DNA of 64,000 nucleotides from an uncultured Ignavibacteria bacterium (GTDB lineage Bacteria; Zixibacteria; MSB-5A5; CAIYYT01): NCBI GenBank assembly GCA_964592145.1, contig CAZQBX010000006.1, positions 32,789 to 96,788 of the forward strand, read 5' to 3'. Shown piece by piece: positions 35,633 to 44,766 of this stretch (position 1 is its first letter; each line of letters starts with the position of its first letter). The notes under the pieces were generated by a model. It saw only the letters and a program-made list of their open reading frames with translations, ran no database searches and was not told where the DNA came from. The position numbers and the translations under genes were made by a program.

Positions 35633-36052
35633 GTATCCAAGTTACGGCTGTGCCCCCGTTTCGTCTACCGAATTTCGCTCAAGGAATTTTTCAATCCGCC
35701 TTTTTTGTGAGGAGATTTAACGAAACTGCCGGACCAACAGGCTCGGAATAGCCTAGGGGAGCCGGTTTAGAATTAGCAGGAAGACTGCCAACGAAGCATA
35801 AGAAATCAACAGATGCGGGCGAACCAGAGATCTCAATGTAAACACGTTTACTCCAGGAGATTTAATCCATAAGTAGAAAATGACCCTGAACACCAATAGA
35901 AATGCAGAACTCTTGCCGAAATTGTGGCGAATACACCTCTTTCATAACAGCTACTGCACCAACAACTACTAATTCGTTATCATCCGGATTTCACGGCAGT
36001 TGACACGCCTGCTGTTCAAATCCCGACTTCTGTGCAATCCCTGCTACGAAAT

Positions 36053-36622
36053 CTACATCGACATCTGCCTCTTAAGTTCATCCACTTCGAACGACACCCG
36101 CGCATCGAAGGTGTACATCTTTACGCCACCAGTCTTGCCTACCACGACCACCAGCGGAAATTCCGCCACTCCATAATTGCGCATGAATACCATGCCCGTG
36201 TCGGCATAAATCGGAAAGGTCAAGCCTCTTTTTTTCGCATAAGTCTGTACATTCTGCGGTTCTTCAAAACTGACTCCGATGACCTGATCTTCTGCGATTG
36301 CTCCCGAGTTGATCAACTCCTGCCATTTCTGTGTCATCGTCTCGCAAGGCGGACACCCCACTTCCATGAACAGAAACACCGACCCGTCTCCGGCAATCAT
36401 GTCGCCGGTGCGCACTTTGCCGGAATCTGCAGTCATCAACTCCAGATCGGGGAACATCGTCCCGACTTGCAGTTGCGAGGTCGGTCCGGCGCTTTGCAGG
36501 AACTCGCTGTCTTGCGAGGCCTGCATCGTCTTAAACGACATCCCGAGATACATTCCCACCCCGGCGACAACCAGCACTAAAACTCCAACACCAACATTTT
36601 TCAACAGCTTATTCATCGTCAA
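36053..36622 (-). CDS. Membrane-anchored thioredoxin-fold thiol:disulfide oxidoreductase (TlpA/redoxin-like) with CPPC active site
   Basis: 189 aa with an N-terminal signal/anchor helix and a thioredoxin fold. The active site is the unusual CPPC dithiol rather than CxxC of ResA/TlpA type. Confidence 0.7.
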   Translation of the reverse strand: MTMNKLLKNVGVGVLVLVVAGVGMYLGMSFKTMQASQDSEFLQSAGPTSQLQVGTMFPDLELMTADSGKVRTGDMIAGDGSVFLFMEVGCPPCETMTQKWQELINSGAIAEDQVIGVSFEEPQNVQTYAKKRGLTFPIYADTGMVFMRNYGVAEFPLVVVVGKTGGVKMYTFDARVSFEVDELKRQMSM

Positions 36623-36661
36623 TTGATTGCGCCCGCACGGGGCAAGATATTGTGGTTACCG

Positions 36662-36706
36662 ATAAAAATCCCACGGAAGCTCAAACTCATTTCAAGCTCC
36701 CGTGGG
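36662..36706 (-). terminator. Intrinsic terminator downstream of the Cys-rich peptide gene
   Basis: On the minus strand, a stem cccacgggagctt / agcttccgtggg (one mismatch) with a 12-nt loop, followed by aTTTTTaT. Confidence 0.6.
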
Positions 36707-36753
36707 TCGTTTTGCATCCACCGACCTTGTATTTCAAGGCCCATAGATGGCAG

Positions 36754-36960
36754 TTAGCACGTAATGATTGCCGGACAATAAATCACGCCGCCGGCCGGCT
36801 TACAGGTTTCCACACCAAAGCTGTTGATACAGCATTTTAGCGGAGCACCGGTGCAGCTACATTTGTAGTAGCAAGGACCTGCTTCAGCCGCCGGGCTGGT
36901 CGTACCGAAAATAAACGCGGCGACGAAAACGACGAGGAGAATTCCAAGGACTTTACGCAT
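36754..36960 (-). CDS. Small secreted cysteine-rich peptide precursor (68 aa; predicted mature ~41 aa with 8 Cys)
   Basis: ATG with a strong SD (GGAGGTGA) 5 nt upstream. Signal peptide MRKVLGILLVVFVAAFIFGTTSPAAEA. Mature part GPCYYKCSCTGAPLKCCINSFGVETCKPAGGVIYCPAIITC. Confidence 0.6.
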   Translation of the reverse strand: MRKVLGILLVVFVAAFIFGTTSPAAEAGPCYYKCSCTGAPLKCCINSFGVETCKPAGGVIYCPAIITC

Positions 36961-36996
36961 AGTCTCACCTCCTTCCATGTAAAGTTGAATGCATGA

Positions 36997-37025
36997 AGAT
37001 AATGTCGACCCAAGATGTCCGTCAA
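36997..37025 (-). promoter_or_regulatory. Candidate sigma70-type promoter of the Cys-rich peptide gene (TTGACG-17-TTATCT)
   Basis: On the minus strand, TTGACG (37025-37020), a 17-nt spacer and TTATCT (37002-36997). It lies ~35 nt upstream of the SD. Confidence 0.4.
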
Positions 37026-37154
37026 GTATTTTTATTCCCGGCCGGTGACTCGCCGCAAATATCCTTGCGCTTATCGCCGATATACTTAGCGTAGTGTTAG
37101 ATTTTTCATGGACTTGATCACCGCTCGCGTCAGGGATGACAGGAGATATAGCAT

Positions 37155-39329
37155 TTGCAAAAGGTAAAATTCTGTTTCGGGATACATAACCACCAGCCGG
37201 TCGGTAATTTTGGCTGGGTCATCGAAGACGCCTATCAGAAATCCTATCTCCCCTTTCTGCAAATGTTGGAGCGCTTTCCGGCAGTCCGCATTTCCTTGCA
37301 TTTTACCGGCATCCTCTACGACTGGATCAGACAATATCATCCGGAATGCTTCGATCTGATCCGCACCATGAAAGATCGCGGACAGCTCGAACTGCTGACC
37401 GGTGGATTCTACGAGCCGATTCTCCCGTCCATTCCCGATCGCGACAAGGTCGGCCAAATCCAGATGCAGTCCGATTTTGTCGAACGTGAATTCGGCGTGC
37501 GGCCAACCGGAATGTGGCTCGCCGAACGTGTCTGGGAACCCGGACTCGCCAAGCATCTCAACCTGGCTGGCGTCAAGTATACGATCCTCGACGACATCCA
37601 CTTTCGTTACGCCGGACTTCCGGAATCACAATTGGACGGCTACTACGTTACTGAAGATCAAGGCTTCCAGATCGCCCTTTTCCCGATCGCCAAGAAATTA
37701 CGTTACACGATTCCGTTTGCCGACCCCGAAGACACCATCGCTTATCTCCGAAGCCTCGCCACCGAATCAGGCGATAGCATTGCAGTCTATGCCGACGACG
37801 GCGAAAAATTCGGAGTCTGGCCCAAAACCTATGAACACTGCTTTCTCGACGGCTGGCTCGAACGGTTCTTGACGATGCTCTCTGCCAACCTCGACTGGAT
37901 AGAGATGATCACCTTCAGTGAGGCGCTCACTACCGTCCCCGCTCGCGGTCGAGTGTATTTGCCGACGGCATCCTACTCCGAAATGAATGAATGGGCAATG
38001 CCCGTCGCTGCCATCGAGCGATACGACGATTTTGTGCACAGATTGAAAGCCGCCGGCCTCTTTGAGCAGTTCGAACCCTTCGTCAAAGGTGGATTCTGGC
38101 GCAACTTCCAGACCAAGTATGACGAAAGCAATAACCTGCACAAACGGATGCTGCTGGTCAGCGATCTGCTGGAGCAAAGTCGCGAGAAATTGTCGCCGAC
38201 TACCTGCGAGCAAGCGCGCAAACTGCTCTATGCCGGCCAATGCAATTGCCCCTATTGGCACGGCGTCTTTGGTGGACTCTACCTTCCGCATCTTCGCGGT
38301 GCTGTCTATCAAGAGCTGGTCGCCGCCGAAGCACTCATAAATTCAGCGCTTGTTAGCTCGCAAAGCACACGAATCGAGAATTCGGACTTTGACTGCGACG
38401 GCCGCGAGGAAATCATCATCACCACTCCTGCCCTCAAGGCAATAGTTTCCCCACAACTCGGCGGCATGATCACCGAGCTCGATCACTTCGGCATTGCCAA
38501 GAATCTTGTCGACCTCGTCGGTCGGCGCAAGGAAGGCTACCACGATAAACTTCTTCACCGGCACGAGTCAACCGGTGCAGCCGCGACGAAATCGATTCAT
38601 GACCTGGTTCTCGTGAAGGAAGAAGGCCTTGAGAATCTGCTCCTCGAAGACCACTATCGCCGGGGAATGTTCATCGATCACATCTTCAGCGACTCAACAA
38701 CTCGTAGTGACTTCGAATGCGGCAAGCTCGCCTCGCTTATCGGTCCTAGTCAGCAATCTTACACTGGTTCCACCGGAACGGATACAGACTTGGCACTGGT
38801 GAAATTGGCGCGAATCAATCGGTTCAAATCCCCACAGGGCCCCGCCGATGTCGAGATTACCAAGACCTTCCAGTTCGCGGCAAAACCGATTGGCGTAATT
38901 GCCCAATACGAAATCGGCAATCGCAGTAACCACGATCTCGCCTTCACTTTCGGTTGCGAAATTGGCCTCGGAAGTTACCCCTTCCCGAGTACCGAGTCAT
39001 TCTTAGTCGGCAGTGTCGGCGAACGCCTCAATCTTGACTCCGGACACGAACTAAGAAACAGCCGCGACATTGCAATTTATAGTCGACTCTATCGCTTCCT
39101 TTTGCGACTTTCGTCCAATCGTGACGCGAACATCTGGACTCATCCCCTCTGGACTGTATCACTCTCCGAGGGCGGTTTTGAGAAAGTCCTCCAGGGCACA
39201 GTTATTCTTCTTCGTTGGCCCATCCGACTCGCACCGGGCGAAGCTTGGACCGCCGAAATCGGCCTCGAAACTCACATGAAGATCGAAGAAGCGGCCCTTT
39301 CCGGTCATCAATCGACTCCATCCTCTTAA
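37155..39329 (+). CDS. Glycoside hydrolase family 57 enzyme (alpha-amylase / 4-alpha-glucanotransferase type)
   Basis: 724 aa with TTG start. The N-terminal catalytic region carries the GH57 hallmark (FGIHNHQPVGNF) and the WLAERVWEP motif. Confidence 0.75.
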   Translation: MQKVKFCFGIHNHQPVGNFGWVIEDAYQKSYLPFLQMLERFPAVRISLHFTGILYDWIRQYHPECFDLIRTMKDRGQLELLTGGFYEPILPSIPDRDKVGQIQMQSDFVEREFGVRPTGMWLAERVWEPGLAKHLNLAGVKYTILDDIHFRYAGLPESQLDGYYVTEDQGFQIALFPIAKKLRYTIPFADPEDTIAYLRSLATESGDSIAVYADDGEKFGVWPKTYEHCFLDGWLERFLTMLSANLDWIEMITFSEALTTVPARGRVYLPTASYSEMNEWAMPVAAIERYDDFVHRLKAAGLFEQFEPFVKGGFWRNFQTKYDESNNLHKRMLLVSDLLEQSREKLSPTTCEQARKLLYAGQCNCPYWHGVFGGLYLPHLRGAVYQELVAAEALINSALVSSQSTRIENSDFDCDGREEIIITTPALKAIVSPQLGGMITELDHFGIAKNLVDLVGRRKEGYHDKLLHRHESTGAAATKSIHDLVLVKEEGLENLLLEDHYRRGMFIDHIFSDSTTRSDFECGKLASLIGPSQQSYTGSTGTDTDLALVKLARINRFKSPQGPADVEITKTFQFAAKPIGVIAQYEIGNRSNHDLAFTFGCEIGLGSYPFPSTESFLVGSVGERLNLDSGHELRNSRDIAIYSRLYRFLLRLSSNRDANIWTHPLWTVSLSEGGFEKVLQGTVILLRWPIRLAPGEAWTAEIGLETHMKIEEAALSGHQSTPSS

Positions 39330-39455
39330 TGAGGACTGAAATCGACCATTCTTCGTTAATTCTGCAAAAAATCACTGTCAAGAATCGGCGTTTTTGGCGT
39401 TATATGATGAAATGTACAATGTCGCCGAACACCTAATCATAGTGGTATCTTCTTC

Positions 39456-41279
39456 TTGAACTCGACACCAAGCCAGAGCGGCCAAAATACTCTGCGTAAA
39501 TATTACCGTAAGTACCTTTGGTACTTTCTCGGAGGCATCGTCGTACTTGCCGGGGCAAATGTCTTCCTCGGCATGTCCCCCTGGCTTCTGCGGGAGGCGA
39601 TCGACTCGCTGGAAAACCCCAGCCTCGAGTCGCTGGCTCCTACCGACGCCTTTTTCGGTATGCAGCACGCAATGGCGCAGACCGCCACCGGCGTCTTGCC
39701 CTGGTTTGCCTTGGCCATTGTCACCGTAACTCTGATAGCCGGAGTTTTCCGGTTTTTCGCACGACGAACCATTATCTGGGCTTCCCGCGACATCGAATTC
39801 GAATTGCGAAATGAAGTCTTCAACCATCTGCTCAAACTGTCCTCACGGTTTTATCAGAAGACTCCAACCGGCGACATCATCGCCCGCTTGTCAAATGACA
39901 TCGAATCGGTGCGTTTGATGGTCGGACCCGCCGTAATGCAACTGATCAATACGCTCATGGTCAGCATTGTGGCGTTCTATTACATGATCAAGATCTCCCC
40001 GACATTGACATTGTACGCCCTGATTCCCCTGCCTCTGTTGTCAATCGCCATGTGGCAAATCGGACAGCAGACTCATCGCCGCTTCATGAAGATCCAGGAC
40101 CATTTCTCCACACTCTCGACTTTCGTGCAGGAGTCAATGGCCGGAATTCGCGTCATCAAGGCTTATCGCCGCGAGAAGTACCAGCAGAAGAAGTTTGAGG
40201 GCGTCAATCGTGAATATGTGCGGCTTAACCTTGATCTTGTCAAGATTCGCGCGCTGCTCATGCCGACGATTGTCTTTCTTGTTCGCGCCGTCGTGTTGAT
40301 CGTCATCCTGATCGGCGGCAGCGATGTCATCAAAGGCACCATTACCAAAGGCGAATACGTCGCCTTCATGGCCTATCTGCTCATGCTCGTCTGGCCGATG
40401 CTCGCCATCGGCTGGGTCATTTCACTCTACCAGCGCGGCACCGCCTCGTTGGCACGACTCGACGATCTATTGCGCGAAGTGCCCGATATCACCTCTCCCG
40501 ACGACCCGGTGCATCCGCCGCAAATCGCTGGTGCTCTGCGCTTCAGCGGCCTGTCGTTCACCTATCCGGGCAGCAATGTCCAGGTCTTGCATGATATCGA
40601 TTTCGAAGTTAAACCCGGCGAAACGCTTGCGATTGTCGGCGCGACCGGCTCCGGTAAATCCACCTTGATTTCACTGCTGATGCGCACCTACCCGATTCCC
40701 GACAATACGATTCGCATCGATGAAATCGACATCAATCGCCTGGCACTCGACGATCTTCGCGGTATGATCGGGTTCGTCCGTCAGGATTCGTATCTTTTCT
40801 CCGACACAATTGCTGCCAACATTGCCTTATCGCAGCCAAAAGTCGATATGGATTCAGTTCATGAAGCCGCGCAAGTCGCCGCCTTTGAAAACGAGGTCGA
40901 GTCTTTCCCGCATAAGTACGACACGATCCTCGGTGAACGCGGTATCACGCTATCCGGCGGGCAGAAACAGCGCGCGGCGATCGCCCGCGCCTTGTTGAAG
41001 CAGCCGCGCATTCTCATTCTCGACGACGCCTTTTCATCAGTCGACACCCAGACCGAAGAGCTGATTCTCGAACGTCTTAAAGCCTCGCGCGGAAATATTA
41101 CAACTCTGCTTATCAGCCACCGCCCTTCGACAATTCGTCGCGCCGACCGAATCATCGTGCTCGATGGCGGTACCATCGTCGAACGTGGTACACACGACGA
41201 ATTGATCGCCAGGCAGGGCCGCTACTACGAGATCATTCGCCGCGAATTGTTGTCATCCGAATTGGAGATGTTGGATTAG
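39456..41279 (+). CDS. ABC exporter, fused permease/ATPase (heterodimer half 1)
   Basis: 607 aa with a 6-TM domain, Walker A GATGSGKST, signature LSGGQKQR and Walker B ILILDDA. Confidence 0.85.
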   Translation: MNSTPSQSGQNTLRKYYRKYLWYFLGGIVVLAGANVFLGMSPWLLREAIDSLENPSLESLAPTDAFFGMQHAMAQTATGVLPWFALAIVTVTLIAGVFRFFARRTIIWASRDIEFELRNEVFNHLLKLSSRFYQKTPTGDIIARLSNDIESVRLMVGPAVMQLINTLMVSIVAFYYMIKISPTLTLYALIPLPLLSIAMWQIGQQTHRRFMKIQDHFSTLSTFVQESMAGIRVIKAYRREKYQQKKFEGVNREYVRLNLDLVKIRALLMPTIVFLVRAVVLIVILIGGSDVIKGTITKGEYVAFMAYLLMLVWPMLAIGWVISLYQRGTASLARLDDLLREVPDITSPDDPVHPPQIAGALRFSGLSFTYPGSNVQVLHDIDFEVKPGETLAIVGATGSGKSTLISLLMRTYPIPDNTIRIDEIDINRLALDDLRGMIGFVRQDSYLFSDTIAANIALSQPKVDMDSVHEAAQVAAFENEVESFPHKYDTILGERGITLSGGQKQRAAIARALLKQPRILILDDAFSSVDTQTEELILERLKASRGNITTLLISHRPSTIRRADRIIVLDGGTIVERGTHDELIARQGRYYEIIRRELLSSELEMLD

Positions 41280-41280
41280 A

Positions 41281-43068
41281 ATGCAGGACTTCCGCGACGA
41301 AGATAAACTCGGTAAGGGCTACGACGGCCAATTGATGCGGCGCCTGCTGGTGTACCTGCGTCCGTATCGACTTTATGTCGGACTGGCGCTGCTGCTTCTG
41401 CTGGTCGCTGCCGCGGCGCAACTTGCTACACCGTACTTAATCAAGATCGCCTTTGACGATCACATTGCCGTCGGCGATCTGGACGGGCTCACGATCATCG
41501 CCATCCAATTGCTGGCGATCATGTGCCTCGAATTCTTCACCGGCTATGGCCAAATTCGCATCATGGAGTGGATCGGCCAGAGCGCCATGTTCGACCTTCG
41601 GCAGAAGATCTTCAATCACATTCAGTCGATGCACCTCGGATTCTTCGACAAGAATCCTTCGGGACGCTTGTTGACTCGCGTGACTTCAGATGTCAACGCC
41701 CTCAACGAAATGTTCGCCTCCGGCGTTATCGACATCCTTGGAAATATCGTAACCCTCGTGGGTATCGTCACTGTGATGTTCGTGCTCTCGCCCAAGTTGT
41801 CGCTGGTCACCTTTGTGATTTTACCCCTGATCGTCGGCGCAACATTCGTCTTCCGCAAGCGCGTGCGCGATTCCTACCGCGAAATTCGCATCATGATCGC
41901 CAAGCTCAATGCCTTCACGCAGGAACACCTCGCCGGCATCAATGAAATCCAGAGTTTCGTGCAAGAGCGCAAAACAATGGACCGCTTCGAGGGCGTCAAT
42001 ACTGAACTGATGTACCAGCACAAACGCTCGATCCTCTACTATGCGGTCTTCTTCCCGATCGTCGAGTTGATTGGCGCCATCAGCCTGGCGCTCATCGTCT
42101 GGTACGGCGGTGGACAAGTCGTCCAGGAAGTTATCACCTTCGGCACATTGGTGGCTTTCATCCAATACGTCGAAATGTTCTATCGCCCGATTCGCGATCT
42201 GGCCGAAAAATACAACGTTCTCCAATCAGCAATGGCCGCCGCCGAGCGCGTCTTCAATATCCTCGATTCAAAATCGGACATCTCAGTGCCCGAACAGCCA
42301 AAGCCGTTGACCAGTTTCAGCGGCGCAATTTCTTACGACAGTGTCGATTTCAGCTACAATAAAGATCAGCGCATCTTGCACGATATCAGCTTCGAAATCA
42401 AACCCGGCGAGAAAGTCGCACTGGTGGGCGCCACCGGTTCCGGAAAAACTACTTCAGTCAGCCTGATTTGCCGGTTCTATGATATCGACAACGGCTCCAT
42501 CAAGTTTGATGCGATCGATATCCGCGACCTCGATCCACAGGTTGTCCGCGCTCAAATCGGCCTGGTATTGCAGGATGTCTTCCTCTTCTCTGGCTCGATT
42601 CGCGAAAACATTACTCTTGGCAATGAGTCAATCTCTGAAGAACAGATGATGGCCGCCGCCGAACGGGTCGGACTCGCGCCTTTTGTCGAACGCCTGGAAA
42701 ACAAGTATGATCACCGTGTCGGCGAACGCGGCGGTTCGCTCTCCGTCGGCCAGCGTCAGTTGATCAGCTTCGCCCGGGCACTTGCCTATAACCCGCCCGT
42801 GCTGATTCTCGACGAAGCAACATCATCCGTTGATAATGAAACCGAATTCATCATCCAGAAGGCGATCAAGAGACTTTTCGAAGGCCGCACATCGCTGATC
42901 GTCGCCCATCGTCTTTCCACTATCGAAGAAGCCGACAAAATATTAGTTTATCACAAGGGCCGCATCGTTGAACAGGGCAGACACGAGGAGTTGCTCAAAC
43001 AACAGGGCGTTTATTGGCGGCTCTACCAGCTTCAATATCAGGATCAGGAAGTGACGCGAGCAACATGA
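41281..43068 (+). CDS. ABC exporter, fused permease/ATPase (heterodimer half 2)
   Basis: 595 aa with Walker A GATGSGKTT, signature LSVGQRQL and Walker B LILDEATS. It starts 2 nt after the previous stop. Confidence 0.85.
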   Translation: MQDFRDEDKLGKGYDGQLMRRLLVYLRPYRLYVGLALLLLLVAAAAQLATPYLIKIAFDDHIAVGDLDGLTIIAIQLLAIMCLEFFTGYGQIRIMEWIGQSAMFDLRQKIFNHIQSMHLGFFDKNPSGRLLTRVTSDVNALNEMFASGVIDILGNIVTLVGIVTVMFVLSPKLSLVTFVILPLIVGATFVFRKRVRDSYREIRIMIAKLNAFTQEHLAGINEIQSFVQERKTMDRFEGVNTELMYQHKRSILYYAVFFPIVELIGAISLALIVWYGGGQVVQEVITFGTLVAFIQYVEMFYRPIRDLAEKYNVLQSAMAAAERVFNILDSKSDISVPEQPKPLTSFSGAISYDSVDFSYNKDQRILHDISFEIKPGEKVALVGATGSGKTTSVSLICRFYDIDNGSIKFDAIDIRDLDPQVVRAQIGLVLQDVFLFSGSIRENITLGNESISEEQMMAAAERVGLAPFVERLENKYDHRVGERGGSLSVGQRQLISFARALAYNPPVLILDEATSSVDNETEFIIQKAIKRLFEGRTSLIVAHRLSTIEEADKILVYHKGRIVEQGRHEELLKQQGVYWRLYQLQYQDQEVTRAT

Positions 43069-43865
43069 GAATCAGTTCATCGATGACAACTGCGCTGTTG
43101 ACCGAAACAGCCGCTACCGCCAAAGCCGCGGGAAAGCTTCTGCTGGACAATGTGCAGAAGAACCGCCGCGTGCAATTCAAGGGACGAATCGACATCGTCA
43201 CCGAAATGGATCTCGCCAGCGAGAAACTGATTGTCGCCCGCTTGAGCAAGGCACTGCCGGAAGCTTCATTCCTTACCGAAGAAGGCAGCATCGCCGAGCT
43301 GAACTCCGAATTCAAATGGATCATCGACCCGCTCGACGGCACAACCAACTATGCCCACACTTTTCCAGTCTGGTGCGTGTCAATCGGACTGCAGTACCGC
43401 GATGAAATGATTGTCGGCTGTGTTTACGATCCTACTCGCGACGAGCTCTTCACCGCCACCAAGCACGACAAAAGCCGCCTTAACGGACACGCCATCAAGG
43501 TCAGTGATCGCCGCCGACTCGACCAGGCGCTGCTCGCCACGGGATTTCCCTACGACATCCGCACCAGTCGCATCAACAATCTCGTCAACTTCACGAACTT
43601 CGTCAAAAGTGCCCGTGCCGTTCGCCGCGCCGGATCAGCTGCGCTCGATCTGTGCTACCTCGCCTGCGGTCGATTCGATGGTTATTGGGAGTTGAAATTG
43701 CATCCGTGGGATATGGCGGCCGGCGTCCTGATAGTCAAACAGGCCGGCGGAAAAATCACCGACTTCGAAGGCAATCCCTTTTCAATATTCCGGGATCGTT
43801 TACTTGGCTCCAACGGCCGCATTCACAAGGAAATGATGCGCGTTCTCGCCGCTGGAAAACAATAG
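43065..43865 (+). CDS. suhB: Inositol monophosphatase family protein (SuhB-like)
   Basis: Motifs WIIDPLDGTTNY and WD..AG. The ATG overlaps the upstream TGA (ATGA). Confidence 0.8.
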   Translation: MRISSSMTTALLTETAATAKAAGKLLLDNVQKNRRVQFKGRIDIVTEMDLASEKLIVARLSKALPEASFLTEEGSIAELNSEFKWIIDPLDGTTNYAHTFPVWCVSIGLQYRDEMIVGCVYDPTRDELFTATKHDKSRLNGHAIKVSDRRRLDQALLATGFPYDIRTSRINNLVNFTNFVKSARAVRRAGSAALDLCYLACGRFDGYWELKLHPWDMAAGVLIVKQAGGKITDFEGNPFSIFRDRLLGSNGRIHKEMMRVLAAGKQ

Positions 43866-43894
43866 GGATTCGAAAGATATAAGACGGGCTAGAC

Positions 43895-44635
43895 CTAATC
43901 CGCTATAGTTGCACACGATTTAACGACGTCGTCGAGTTCGCTAAAATCGACCGGCTTCGACAGGAATTTTTGAATTCCTGCTTTTCGAATACGTTCGATG
44001 AGGTCGTCGGTCGCGAACGCGCTGACCATAACTACTGGGAGGTTTGGAAAGCGGTCGTGAAGCTGATTGATCAGGCTAAGACCATCGCCGTCGGGCATCT
44101 TAAGATCGGTTATGACCAAATCAACCGGATTGACTGTCAGAAATTCCGTCGCAGCCTTGACCGTAGTAAACGCATGAATGTCATTGTCACCGGCCTCAAG
44201 CCGCTGGCACAAACTGGCGAGAAACTCCTCGTTATCATCAATCACGACTATCCGGCGCTTGCGCAGACTAAGCAACATCTTGCCGATCTCTGTTTCCATC
44301 GTTCCAATTCGAAACGGTTTCGCCAGGAACCCGTCGGCGCCCTTTGAGTAGGCCTGCGCTTTAATACCGTCGCTTCCGATTCCTGTGATCAACATGACCG
44401 GCAGGCGGCGATTTCTCTTCTTGATCTCCTGCAGCAGCTCAATTCCCGACATTTCCGGCATATTGATATCCGAAATCACCAGGTCAATCCGCATAGAAGA
44501 GAGCACCTTCAGCGCTTCTTGGGCCGAGCTGGCCGAATGCGGCTCATAACCGATCGCGGAAAGTGTGTCTACCAGTAGATCTGTAAGGTTGGGATCGTCG
44601 TCAACAACCAATACTCTCGAGATTTCTGCCGTCAT
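43895..44635 (-). CDS. Response regulator with two tandem receiver (REC) domains, no output domain
   Basis: Start chosen at MTAEISRVLVVDDD, with GGAG upstream. There are two REC domains (DLVISDINMP and DLVITDLKMP). Confidence 0.75.
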   Translation of the reverse strand: MTAEISRVLVVDDDPNLTDLLVDTLSAIGYEPHSASSAQEALKVLSSMRIDLVISDINMPEMSGIELLQEIKKRNRRLPVMLITGIGSDGIKAQAYSKGADGFLAKPFRIGTMETEIGKMLLSLRKRRIVVIDDNEEFLASLCQRLEAGDNDIHAFTTVKAATEFLTVNPVDLVITDLKMPDGDGLSLINQLHDRFPNLPVVMVSAFATDDLIERIRKAGIQKFLSKPVDFSELDDVVKSCATIAD

Positions 44636-44766
44636 AATGCTCTTGCTCCGTCCGTACGTGCCTGCCATTTTAGATTAACGACTGCAGTCCCCTCTTAAAT
44701 GTATCGGCACCCGAACGGGAATTCTCAATTTTAGTTGGCACCCGCGCCAAAGGAAAATAGATTCAC

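Noticed and set aside
36010-36035. tRNA T-loop-like sequence gttcaaatcc
   Set aside because: Flanking sequence cannot form T-stem, acceptor or anticodon stems. No tRNA-like structure could be built anywhere in the window by eye.
36032-36580. 182-aa plus-strand ORF antisense to the CPPC oxidoreductase gene
   Set aside because: Arg/His-rich low-complexity translation antisense to a thioredoxin-fold gene with a clear signal anchor and active site.
37086-37601. 171-aa minus-strand ORF overlapping the start of the GH57 gene
   Set aside because: Antisense to a strongly supported GH57 coding region and to its promoter. No motifs.
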